Shown: one piece after another, positions 20,032 to 29,579 of the stretch
Layout: every line of letters starts with the position of its first letter
How positions within the stretch are numbered: the stretch's first letter is position 1
DNA from: Promethearchaeota archaeon
Lineage (GTDB): Archaea; Asgardarchaeota; Lokiarchaeia; Sigyniarchaeales; SOKP01
DNA: 45,441 nucleotides
Assembly (NCBI GenBank): GCA_019894975.1
Contig: JAGXNO010000031.1
Span: forward strand, 1 to 45,441
Reading direction: 5' to 3'
Made by a program: the position numbers and the translations under genes
The notes under the pieces: model-generated
Databases searched by the model: none
Told to the model about the DNA's origin: nothing
Seen by the model: the letters and a program-made list of their open reading frames with translations, nothing else

Positions 20032-22284
20032 ATGGTTAAAGTTAAAAACCCAGAAGAAATCGCTCAATTGGTGAGTTCTGGTTCATACGAAAAGAAAAGA
20101 ATTTTTTCAATCACAGCCCACATAGATCACGGTAAAACAACTGCTACGGATTATCTATTAAGGCGTGCTGGTCTTATGAGACCCGAAGATGCTGGTCAAC
20201 TTCAAATGACAGACTCAGATGATGAAGAACAAGAAAGAGGTATTACAATCTTCACTAGCGTTGTTCTGCTTGCATTTACTGATCCTAGAAAACCAGATGA
20301 TACTGAACCCTATATCATCCAATTAAATGATACTCCGGGTCACATCAGTTTTACAGGAGAAGTGTCGCGAGCGCTCAGAGGAAGTGATGGTGCGATTATT
20401 TTAGTAGACGCTCTTGAAGGTGTAATGACACAGACAGAAACTAATATTCGTTTATCAGTCGGAGAGGAATATTGTAAACCTGTTTTATTTATTAACAAGG
20501 TTGACAGATTAATTAGCGAATTAAAACTAAGTCCTCAAAATACATTTGCCAAAATAGATAAAATTACACGCGAAATTAATGAGCTTATAAAAAAAGTGCG
20601 CCCCGAAGGTTCGGGTTGGACTATTGATTTTGCTAAAAATTCCGTTGCTGTTGGTTCAGCAAAACATGGCTGGGGCTTTACATTCGAGATTTTAGTTGAA
20701 AAAGGTTTGAAACCTCAAGATGTTTTTGCAAAATATAGCGAAGGAGATATACAATGGTTAAGAGATAATCTACCATTAGATGAGCCAATGTTAAGAATGA
20801 TTGTTGACCATCTACCTGATCCAATTACTGCCTCGAAATATAGAATACCTCATATTTGGGGGGGTGATTTAAACTCTGAAATTGGTCAATCCTTACAGAA
20901 GAGTGACCCAAACGGGCCGCTTTACGGGATGATTACAAAAATATTTCTCGATCCAAAGAGGAATTATCAAGCTACCCTTATCGGTCGTGTTTTTTCAGGT
21001 ACATTCGATCAAACTGATTCGATATATTTGATTAATAGTGATTCAAGCAATCGAGTGAAAAGACTTGGCGTTATGGAGATAACTGATCTTCTGGATATTC
21101 CTAGAATCCCTGCTGGAAACTTATTTGCATTATTTGGTTTTGTATGCCCTGCTGGTGAAACGTTCATGTTGACAAGCGATGTCCCTAAAGATAAAGAAGA
21201 AAGGAAAATGTTGCACCCCTTTGAAAAAATTCAATACGCTGCGCAAGCTGTGGTATCAAGAAGTATCAAGCCAAAGGATCCACATGAAATTGATAAATTA
21301 GATGAAGTAGTAGGCAAGTGGCTTAAAGCGAATCCTGAGGCAGAATATAAAAGAGACGACGAATCTGGTGAATTTATACTAAGTGGGATTGATCCTCTCC
21401 AAATAGAAATCTTGACTAAGAGGATTAATAAACAAGTACCCATAAATATCGGGGAACCAATTATCATTTACAGAGAAAAAATTACTAAAAGGAGTCCAAA
21501 TTTTTATACAAAATCCGCAAATACGCATAATCGTATATTATTGTACATAGAACCATTAGATGAGACAACAGAAAGATTAATTGAAACTGGGAAAATTAAT
21601 GATCTACAAAATGATAAGGATAGAGCTCAGATCTTAAGGGAAGATGCGGGATGGGATGCAAAGGAGGCGAGACGTATAGTTGACGTTTATCATGGAAGTT
21701 TACTTGTTAATGGCACTACAGGATTACAAAGATTTGACCGGGTTAAATCCTATTTAAGCGCTTCTTTTAGAGATTGGCTTGGTGATTGTATTATGGCAAA
21801 AGAACCTGCAGCGGGCGTGAAAGTTGTCTTTCTGGACATGGTTATACACGAGGATCCTAGGCATACGCAGTACGGACAGATCGCCGGAATGTTCTTTTCA
21901 GCTCTATCATTAGCTATGTTAGAAGCAGATCCTCATCTATATGAGCCGGTTCAGAAAATAGACATAAAAACACCACAAGGAACTGAAGGAGGTGTGACTG
22001 CAACGATTGCAAAGCGAAGAGGTCGAATAACAAACGTCATTCCCGAAGGAGAGTATGTAAGGATCCAAGGTCAAATTCCTGCAGCAGAAACAATTGGGAT
22101 TGCTGACGATATACGTGGCTCAACCCAAGGGAGAGCATTTTTCGGCTATGAATTTAAGGGTTTTGAGAAAGTCCCAGCTTCTATAGAAGAAGACCTTATT
22201 ATAGAAATCCGTAAAAGAAAGGGCATGCCTTTAGAAATGCCTAGCAGTAAAAGCTGGGAACGATTTATATATAAGCGAACCTAG
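20032..22284 (+). CDS. fusA: Archaeal elongation factor 2 homolog (divergent; possibly the Asgard EF-2 paralog)
   Basis: AHIDHGKTT, EQERGITI, DTPGH, NKVD, RGSTQGRA, IRKRKG. Confidence 0.9.
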   Translation: MVKVKNPEEIAQLVSSGSYEKKRIFSITAHIDHGKTTATDYLLRRAGLMRPEDAGQLQMTDSDDEEQERGITIFTSVVLLAFTDPRKPDDTEPYIIQLNDTPGHISFTGEVSRALRGSDGAIILVDALEGVMTQTETNIRLSVGEEYCKPVLFINKVDRLISELKLSPQNTFAKIDKITREINELIKKVRPEGSGWTIDFAKNSVAVGSAKHGWGFTFEILVEKGLKPQDVFAKYSEGDIQWLRDNLPLDEPMLRMIVDHLPDPITASKYRIPHIWGGDLNSEIGQSLQKSDPNGPLYGMITKIFLDPKRNYQATLIGRVFSGTFDQTDSIYLINSDSSNRVKRLGVMEITDLLDIPRIPAGNLFALFGFVCPAGETFMLTSDVPKDKEERKMLHPFEKIQYAAQAVVSRSIKPKDPHEIDKLDEVVGKWLKANPEAEYKRDDESGEFILSGIDPLQIEILTKRINKQVPINIGEPIIIYREKITKRSPNFYTKSANTHNRILLYIEPLDETTERLIETGKINDLQNDKDRAQILREDAGWDAKEARRIVDVYHGSLLVNGTTGLQRFDRVKSYLSASFRDWLGDCIMAKEPAAGVKVVFLDMVIHEDPRHTQYGQIAGMFFSALSLAMLEADPHLYEPVQKIDIKTPQGTEGGVTATIAKRRGRITNVIPEGEYVRIQGQIPAAETIGIADDIRGSTQGRAFFGYEFKGFEKVPASIEEDLIIEIRKRKGMPLEMPSSKSWERFIYKRT

Positions 22285-22368
22285 ATTTTTAATTTTTTTT
22301 TAGTTTTTTGTTTTAACTTTTTTTTTGAGAAATTCATTTTCTCCTGAATAAAAAATAAAAAGATGATT

Positions 22369-22929
22369 TTATGAAAAGTTTGAAATTTTCGCAATCATAT
22401 ATAATCTACTGACAAGTGCTTTAAAACCGTCGGTTACCCCATCACCTGTTAGTGCACTTGTTTTATAATAGCCAAGAAACTTATTATCTTTTGCTAATTG
22501 CTCAACTTTGGAATCAGAGGTTGCAAGGTCTGAATTTGAACCATTCTCGATTAAATCTACTTTATTTCCAAGAAGTACAATTGGAATATTCCCACAATGT
22601 TGCTTTAAATCAGTTAACCATTTACCAACATTATTATAACTTTTAATTTGTTCAGGATCATGAGAAAATACAATTACGGCACCACTACTACCTGTATAAA
22701 ATCTTTGACGTAGTGCTTGAAATGAATCTTGGCCGGCAATGTCCCAGAGGTACAATTCAACTTTCTCTCCATCTACTTCTTCTTCATATTTGGAAAATTG
22801 AGTTCCTAGAGTTGCGATATATTCCTTCTGAAAAGAACCTTGCGTATATTTTTTAATTAATGAAGTTTTGCCAACCGCACCATCTCCAATAATTACTACT
22901 TTAAATCCATATCCTTTTTCGTCACTCAA
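22369..22929 (-). CDS. Rab-like small GTPase, paralog A
   Basis: GDGAVGKT, ATLG, WDIAGQ, GNKVD, TSAL. Confidence 0.92.
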   Translation of the reverse strand: MSDEKGYGFKVVIIGDGAVGKTSLIKKYTQGSFQKEYIATLGTQFSKYEEEVDGEKVELYLWDIAGQDSFQALRQRFYTGSSGAVIVFSHDPEQIKSYNNVGKWLTDLKQHCGNIPIVLLGNKVDLIENGSNSDLATSDSKVEQLAKDNKFLGYYKTSALTGDGVTDGFKALVSRLYMIAKISNFS

Positions 22930-22970
22930 AGTATCAAATCACTATTTTGTTTTAGTTTCTCTTTCTTCGT

Positions 22971-23000
22971 TAGTAAAAGTAAGATGTTTTAAATTTTCAC
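22971..23000 (-). promoter_or_regulatory. Duplicated BRE/TATA promoter element of GTPase A
   Basis: Minus strand GTGAAAATTTAAAACATCTTACTTTTACTA; 26/30 identical to 23701-23730. Confidence 0.6.
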
Positions 23001-23111
23001 AAATGAGAATACTATCAAAATTTAACATATTTAATTGAATAACCAATACCTAAAAATTGGTTTATTAATTAACGTTAAAAAAAACTGTTAAAGCTGAATC
23101 TAGAAAGAGAT

Positions 23112-23672
23112 CTATATTGTAGCTCGTTGATATAACTTGATTACTAATGTTTGAAATGCTTCTTCTACATCTTGACCTGATAACGCGCTTGTTTTATAAT
23201 ATTTAATAAACTTATTATCCTGAGCAAATTTTAATACATGAACATCTGATGTTGTATAATCTGGGCTTGTAGCTAATGCATTTTGATCAACTAAATCCGC
23301 TTTATTTCCAAATAATATAATGGGAATATTTCCACAAGCTTCCCGTAAATCTGAAAGCCATTTACCCACATGGTTATAAGTTTCAAGTTCTTCCGGGGCA
23401 AGAGAAAAAACAATGATGGCTCCACTACTTCCTGCATAAAATCTGTCACGTAGACTACCAAAAGATTCTTGCCCAGCTAAGTCCCATAGTAATAATTCTA
23501 CTTTTTCTCCCGCAACATCCTCTTCATACTTCGAAAAATGCATACCTAGAGTTGAGATGTAATCTTTTTCAAATGTATCTGATGTATATCTTTTTATTAA
23601 TGACGTTTTCCCAACAGCACCATCTCCGCACACAGTTATTTTAAATTTAAAAGCATCACTCAAATGATTCAT
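23112..23672 (-). CDS. Rab-like small GTPase, paralog B
   Basis: GDGAVGKT, STLG, WDLAGQ, GNKAD, TSAL. Confidence 0.92.
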   Translation of the reverse strand: MNHLSDAFKFKITVCGDGAVGKTSLIKRYTSDTFEKDYISTLGMHFSKYEEDVAGEKVELLLWDLAGQESFGSLRDRFYAGSSGAIIVFSLAPEELETYNHVGKWLSDLREACGNIPIILFGNKADLVDQNALATSPDYTTSDVHVLKFAQDNKFIKYYKTSALSGQDVEEAFQTLVIKLYQRATI

Positions 23673-23700
23673 CCTTTTATTTCATTATCTATTTTCTAAA

Positions 23701-23730
23701 TAGTAAAAGTGAGTTATTTTAAATTTTTAC
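23701..23730 (-). promoter_or_regulatory. Duplicated BRE/TATA promoter element of GTPase B
   Basis: Minus strand GTAAAAATTTAAAATAACTCACTTTTACTA. Confidence 0.6.
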
Positions 23731-23782
23731 ACTATCGTAATTCGACCATTATTTTAGAAAGATAAAAAAATTTAAAGAAATT

Positions 23783-24103
23783 TTAGTAATGAATATTTTC
23801 TTTAAGAGTATTTTTCAATTGCTCTGCTAAGTCCCCTAATTTAAAGGCTGTCGCGGAAATCTCTTCCATTGAAGCGGTTTGTTGCTCTGCTGAACTATTT
23901 ATACCTTCTATAGTATCATGAACGTTATTAATGATACTTACAATACAACTAAGTTTATCTTGTGAATTATTTACAACATTTTTTGACTCGTCAGCAAGTT
24001 TTCTTACTTCATCAGCAACCACAGCAAATCCACGACCGTATTCACCAGCCCTTCCTGCTTCAATACTAGCATTTAAAGCGAGTAAATTAGTTTGATTGGA
24101 AAT
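23783..24103 (-). pseudogene. Methyl-accepting chemotaxis signalling-domain fragment (truncated or mini-MCP)
   Basis: [37 protein letters not shown]; in-frame TAA at 24104-24106 immediately upstream. Confidence 0.75.
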
Positions 24104-24159
24104 TTAATACTATCTTTAAATTGGTAAGAATAAAGCACATTTTTACAATACGGAACAAG

Positions 24160-24873
24160 CTAAAGACCAAAAAGCTTAATCAGCTGTTCTGTGTTGTCAA
24201 CCAATATATCTGGATTATGTCCTAGTAAGGTCTCCTTTTTTGCCAGACCAGAAGCTACACACACCATTTTTACATTTGCTGATTTTCCTGCATCTACATC
24301 TGTTGTCATATCCCCAATGAAGATTGTTTCTGAAGGTTTAATCTTCCATTTATTCATTATTTTTAAGATTCCTTCAGGACTGGGTTTCACTTCTGAAACC
24401 TCATTAAATCCTATGATTGTATCAAAAAATTTAGTCAAATTAAATTTTTCTAGAACATCTTCTGCATATTGGCTCTTGTTATTTGTTAGAATTGCTAACT
24501 TCAATTTTTTATCATATATATTTCTAATTAATTCATCTATTCCTTTATAAATTGATGATTCAGCATCCTTATATTTATTAAATTGATTAAATAAGAAAAT
24601 AGCAATCCGGAGTTTTTTAAAATAGCTAAGACCTTCTAAAAATTTTACTTCAAGTAAATCATAAGAATTAAGAAGGATTTTAGGGACCGGAAAGTTTTGA
24701 ATTTCCTCAATAAGATGAGCAAGTTCTTCCAAGATTTCCTCTGTTTTTACATTCATTTTATATTTTTCTACTGAATCATCCACAGCTTTTTCAATTGCCT
24801 CAGAAATATTATAAATCACACCATCCATATCAAAGATGATTCCTTTATATTTTTCTAAGTTAATTTTTTCCAT
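24160..24873 (-). CDS. HAD-superfamily phosphatase (phosphoglycolate phosphatase-like)
   Basis: IFDMDGV, ILTN, KPSP, IGDMTTD. Confidence 0.88.
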   Translation of the reverse strand: MEKINLEKYKGIIFDMDGVIYNISEAIEKAVDDSVEKYKMNVKTEEILEELAHLIEEIQNFPVPKILLNSYDLLEVKFLEGLSYFKKLRIAIFLFNQFNKYKDAESSIYKGIDELIRNIYDKKLKLAILTNNKSQYAEDVLEKFNLTKFFDTIIGFNEVSEVKPSPEGILKIMNKWKIKPSETIFIGDMTTDVDAGKSANVKMVCVASGLAKKETLLGHNPDILVDNTEQLIKLFGL

Positions 24874-24976
24874 ACTAAAGTGATTAAATATTTAGAACAA
24901 TTTTAATTATACGAATAGCAATATTTTAATTAAACAAATATCAAAAAATTGTATTTTTATAACTTCTCAGATTACA

Positions 24977-25861
24977 ATGAACGAAAAAAATGAAGAAGAA
25001 TACGAAGGGTTTGAAAAAGAAGAAATTGAAGTAGAAGACGATGACTTAAAAGTTTACTTGGAAGAAATGAAAGCCTTAGAATCTGATTTTTCAGATTTGG
25101 AAGACTTAGATATCGAAGAGCTTCAAGAAATTCAAGATGCTATTAATCAAGTAAAAGAAAGCGAAGAAACATCTAACATTGAACTTTCAGACGAAGAATT
25201 AATTGAAGAAGAAATTAATGTTGAATTAAAGGAAGAAAAAGGGATTAGGGAAGCAATGATTACTGATTTTTCAGATATGGATGAGATTGAATTTGAAGAA
25301 TTAAAAGATATGCAGGATGCAATCGATTCAGTCAAGCAAGAGGATTCACAGGGAGTTAGTGAGGGAGAAACAGAAATTCAGCCAACTCAAGGAGTTTCAA
25401 AAGAATTAGAGGAAAGAATCAAGCAAGAACTTTTAAAACGAAAAGAAGTTGAAAAAGAAATTATAACCCCAGAGAAATTTCTGGATTATATCAAAAATAA
25501 GCGAGATAAAATCTGGTACCATGCTCTTTATTATATAGCTTTTCAAGTTGAAGATCATATCGCCTCAAAAATGTTATTATATGATGTTTTAAAAGAGACG
25601 TGTTCAAAATCGCCTATTGATCCAATCCCAGAACACCAGTTCTATTTTGGATTAGGTTATATCCTACGATTAAGCTTGAATGATAAGCAAATAGTTAAAT
25701 TTTTGAAAGACGGTAAGTTTAAGCTTAATATTAATGTTGATAATTTAAAGGAGATGTTAGAATTAGTTGGGGAACCAATAAGTACTCGACCTATTATTAA
25801 GGAAGAAGAAAAGAGAGAAATGTATAAAGATTTTCTTAAGGAAGATTTTTTTGATATCTAA
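24977..25861 (+). CDS. Hypothetical protein with acidic repeated N-terminus and globular C-terminal domain
   Basis: 294-aa ORF; very E/D-rich; two copies of DFSDxxxxxxEELxxxQDAIxxVK. Confidence 0.75.
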   Translation: MNEKNEEEYEGFEKEEIEVEDDDLKVYLEEMKALESDFSDLEDLDIEELQEIQDAINQVKESEETSNIELSDEELIEEEINVELKEEKGIREAMITDFSDMDEIEFEELKDMQDAIDSVKQEDSQGVSEGETEIQPTQGVSKELEERIKQELLKRKEVEKEIITPEKFLDYIKNKRDKIWYHALYYIAFQVEDHIASKMLLYDVLKETCSKSPIDPIPEHQFYFGLGYILRLSLNDKQIVKFLKDGKFKLNINVDNLKEMLELVGEPISTRPIIKEEEKREMYKDFLKEDFFDI

Positions 25862-25875
25862 AATTTTGAGATGTT

Positions 25876-26511
25876 TTGAAGAAAATGAATGACAAACCGT
25901 CTTTATTAATCATCGGAAATTCCAATGTTGGGAAGAGTTCGATAACTCGACTATTATTACCAAACCCTCGGGCATTTAAAGGTAAAATTGGAAAATCTCC
26001 GGGTAGTACTTTGTTAATAAAACCTATATCTCAACATAATTTACCCTATAACATTATTGACCTTCCTGGTTTTGGGTACACTAAACATTCAAGTCGCAGA
26101 CGAGGAGAACATATAAAGAAACAGATTGTTGTTCACATTGAAAAACACAATAAAGACTATTTTTTTGGTTTGGTTGTACTCAATATATTAAGGATTGAAG
26201 ATGAGATTGAGAAGTTTTTTATTAAAGATGTGAAAGCAATTCCACTAAGTTTTGAACTTATCCAATTTTTAAATGAGTTTAAAATCCCCATTTTAATTGT
26301 TATTAATAAAATTGATAAAGTTTCAACTTTTGACAGAAGTAAAATTATAGATTTGTTTTTAAAATCTGCGAAAGAATATAACCTTAATCTAATTCACTTG
26401 AATAGTTATAAGTTTAACTCAAAATCTGAAATTCCATATATTGAGTTCTCTGCATTAAAAAAGATTAATTTAAAGGAATTAAAATTAATAATTCAAAAGA
26501 ATTTTAAATAA
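25876..26511 (+). CDS. engB: EngB/YsxC-like GTPase
   Basis: GNSNVGKSS, PGST, DLPGFG, NKID, FSA. Confidence 0.82.
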   Translation: MKKMNDKPSLLIIGNSNVGKSSITRLLLPNPRAFKGKIGKSPGSTLLIKPISQHNLPYNIIDLPGFGYTKHSSRRRGEHIKKQIVVHIEKHNKDYFFGLVVLNILRIEDEIEKFFIKDVKAIPLSFELIQFLNEFKIPILIVINKIDKVSTFDRSKIIDLFLKSAKEYNLNLIHLNSYKFNSKSEIPYIEFSALKKINLKELKLIIQKNFK

Positions 26512-26526
26512 GAATTATATATTTTT

Positions 26527-27129
26527 TCATTTTAGGATGTTTGAAATAAGATTTCTCAGTTCTGAATATTCTGTAACAACAGGAAATTGAGGAAATTCTC
26601 CTTTTACCTTATCAGAAGGTCTAAACAAGAACCCAAAATGTGCTTCTTTTAACATTTTAATGTCATTATAAGAGTCACCTACGGCGATAACATTATAGTT
26701 TAATTTTTTTAGTGCTTTTACTGTCTTTTTTTTCATATTTTTTAATCTTAATCGGTAATTCGCTATCATACCCGATTCATTCACTTCAAGATTATGACAA
26801 AATATTAAGGGATAACCAAGTTTCTTGGCTAAAGGCTGAATAAATTCTAAAAAACTACCAGTAGCGATTATTACCTGGACATTTGTTCTAAGCCATTCTA
26901 AAAAGTCTAAAGCTCCTGGTAAAAGCTCAATACGCTCAATTATTTCTTGAATATCATTTAAAGTTATATTATTTTTTTTCAGTATATCTAATCTTTGCTT
27001 CATGAGTACATCATAATCTGGAATATCTCTAGTAGTTAACTTGAGTTTTTCAATTCCAGATGTGGCTGCAACTTCTTCCCAAATTTCAGGAGTGAGCACA
27101 CCTTCAAGATCTAGGCAAATTACATACAT
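26527..27129 (-). CDS. thrH: Phosphoserine phosphatase/homoserine phosphotransferase
   Basis: CLDLEGVL.PEIW, TTRDIPDYDVLM, GDSYND; ATG at 27129 is more likely than the track start at 27156. Confidence 0.88.
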   Translation of the reverse strand: MYVICLDLEGVLTPEIWEEVAATSGIEKLKLTTRDIPDYDVLMKQRLDILKKNNITLNDIQEIIERIELLPGALDFLEWLRTNVQVIIATGSFLEFIQPLAKKLGYPLIFCHNLEVNESGMIANYRLRLKNMKKKTVKALKKLNYNVIAVGDSYNDIKMLKEAHFGFLFRPSDKVKGEFPQFPVVTEYSELRNLISNILK

Positions 27130-27221
27130 CTTATTAGAAAAAAGGGAAGGGATCAATAATAAATTTATGATGTTATGAGATGGAATAATGTATATAAGAG
27201 ATAAATTTCTTATATTTCGGT

Positions 27222-28511
27222 TTATCCTTCTGTAAGTTTTGGATCTTTTTCTCTATCCCAGTTAACGGCAAATAAAAAATCTCTGCTTGCCCTATTTTTA
27301 TAGATTAGAGGAAATCCACTCAGTTCCTCAAATTTAATTGAAAAATCTTCTAAAAATTCGTATTCTGGGAAATAATAGTGAAGTTCTTTATCACTTTTCA
27401 GTCGTTCTTTTATTTTTAGGGCTTTAGCCTGTAAAGTGAATCCTTTTATTTCAAAAAAATTTGGGTTGGCTTTCTCTATAATTTTTATATAATTTGGAAT
27501 AAGATTTTTATCGATATTCAAATTTTTAATCGCAGTTAGTCTAACTAAAGATCTACAAGATATAGAATCTAATAGTGCTAAAGATTCATTTAATTTCTCC
27601 CACCCATTTTTTATCATAGGACGACAGAGTTGTTTATATAATGCTTCGTTTGGGGCAGGTAATGTAATATATAATTGACTCGGTAGATACTCCAATTCTA
27701 TTATCTTATCTGGTAGTGTACCATTTGTTACTATAAAGGTGGTCATTGAATGATTTCTAAATTCTTTTATAAGTTCGGACATTTTTGGGTACAACATTGG
27801 CTCCCCATCTAATGATATAGCAGCATGGTTAGGTTTCATTGCCTCAGTGTGAGCTTGTATAATATCATCGGGAGAAGTTAATGCACGGTTAATTAAAACC
27901 TCTAGTTCATCTCTTGAATCAATACAACATAAAATATCGTTATCCAATTCAAATTTTGTAAATCCATTGACTGGTTTAATAAAATTTTGATTTTTTAGGA
28001 GATTTACAGCTCTTTCGATTTTATTTTTTGAAACATGAATTTTATTCATTAAAGAGTTGATATTGTATGAACCATCACCATTCATTAACATATAATAAAG
28101 AATATCAATCATTATTTCATAGTTATCGAGATATCTCCTTAGAGGTAAATGATTTTGAATGATATCTTTATGATGACGAAACATTTCGTCAACGATTTCT
28201 TTAGGTTCATCAGGTTCTACGCTAAAATCACTTCCCAATGAACCCATTTCAACATCTCGCCAACAAAAAACACATTGATGATTACAAAATGGCAAGGAAG
28301 GAGTATTTTGTAAACATCTATTACTTTTTATTCCAAATACGCCCTTATAACAATTTCTGTTATCTCTACCGGTCATTAGTCTCTGTTCCAACCAATGGCA
28401 CGGTTTAATAGAAGAATGTTTGTTTTTTCCAATGATTCTGTAAGTTGTTTTTGTATAGGTCTCGACAAATTCATTAGTAATTCTGTTATCAACGATGAAC
28501 CGATTCTTCAT
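27222..28511 (-). CDS. taw1: 4-demethylwyosine synthase Taw1/TYW1 (radical SAM) with internal insertion
   Basis: HSSIKPCHW, CYK, RCLQNTP, CNHQCVFCWR, HAAISLDGEP, VTNGT, QLYIT, FFEIKG. Confidence 0.9.
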   Translation of the reverse strand: MKNRFIVDNRITNEFVETYTKTTYRIIGKNKHSSIKPCHWLEQRLMTGRDNRNCYKGVFGIKSNRCLQNTPSLPFCNHQCVFCWRDVEMGSLGSDFSVEPDEPKEIVDEMFRHHKDIIQNHLPLRRYLDNYEIMIDILYYMLMNGDGSYNINSLMNKIHVSKNKIERAVNLLKNQNFIKPVNGFTKFELDNDILCCIDSRDELEVLINRALTSPDDIIQAHTEAMKPNHAAISLDGEPMLYPKMSELIKEFRNHSMTTFIVTNGTLPDKIIELEYLPSQLYITLPAPNEALYKQLCRPMIKNGWEKLNESLALLDSISCRSLVRLTAIKNLNIDKNLIPNYIKIIEKANPNFFEIKGFTLQAKALKIKERLKSDKELHYYFPEYEFLEDFSIKFEELSGFPLIYKNRASRDFLFAVNWDREKDPKLTEG

Positions 28512-28688
28512 TAAAGAGCCACTTTAACCGTGAAATTCTCACTAGTTTATATAAATAAATGTATTTTATTTAGATATTAAATTATCTTCTTAAAAAATAT
28601 AAGTATATGAGTAATTAGTGTTGAATTTTTAGAATATAACAATAACTTTAGTATCAACTTATTTGAATAAATAAGAGATTGATTTGAA

Positions 28689-29561
28689 ATGCTCAATAGA
28701 ATAAAAAGCGAATTGTTGAATGTAGGATTAAAATTTATAAGTGTAGACGAAAAAATCGTGCGCATGTTACTCGAAACTAGCCCTTCAAATGTAAATGAAA
28801 TAGTAATTCTCCCTGCTATTAAAATTGTAATGAAAAAAATACTGCAGAAACTACAGAATAAACGAAATTATGGAAGAGTTTACAACGGGGAAATAAATAA
28901 CGTAAGGGTAAGTGTAATTCGATCATTAGTGGGTGCTCCAAATTGTGCGATGACAGTTGAGTGTCTGAAACGGTGTAAAACAAAAATAATAATCAGGTTA
29001 GATGCCTGTGGAGGAATCGAAAATTTTGATCCTAAAATTGACATTGGTAATATCTTAATTCCTAAATTAGCATTTTGTGATGAGGGTACAAGCCCTCAGT
29101 ATATAAGAGAAAATCCCTCCCTTGCTAATGATTTAGATAGTATATCAAATCCTTTTGCAAAATTTCAAAATCTTCTCACAGGGAATCATACTATCTTCAA
29201 ATCACAAGCAAATTTAGATCTAAACGAGATACTTGTTAGTTCAGGGAACAATCTTTTCCCAAATAAAATATTAAGGGGAGATATATGGACTACTGATGCT
29301 CTTTTCTGCGAAAGTTTGGATTTTGTACGTGCATTACAATCAATCAACATTCAAGGAGTTGATATGGAATCTTCAATTCTGTTCCTATTAGGGAAACTTT
29401 ACAATTTAAAAGTGGCATCAATTCTTTCTATAACTGATTTACCCGGACACTCTAAATACGATCTTTTTCATTCTAAAGAAGTTCATCCAAATATGGAGAC
29501 TGGTATTGATAATGCAATAAAAGTTTTAATAAACTGTTTACCTCAAATTAAATCTATTTGA
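28689..29561 (+). CDS. Nucleoside phosphorylase (PNP/UDP family 1)
   Basis: VGAPN, DEGTS, WTTDA, VDMES. Confidence 0.8.
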   Translation: MLNRIKSELLNVGLKFISVDEKIVRMLLETSPSNVNEIVILPAIKIVMKKILQKLQNKRNYGRVYNGEINNVRVSVIRSLVGAPNCAMTVECLKRCKTKIIIRLDACGGIENFDPKIDIGNILIPKLAFCDEGTSPQYIRENPSLANDLDSISNPFAKFQNLLTGNHTIFKSQANLDLNEILVSSGNNLFPNKILRGDIWTTDALFCESLDFVRALQSINIQGVDMESSILFLLGKLYNLKVASILSITDLPGHSKYDLFHSKEVHPNMETGIDNAIKVLINCLPQIKSI

Positions 29562-29579
29562 GTTCTTAAGAACTCCTAC

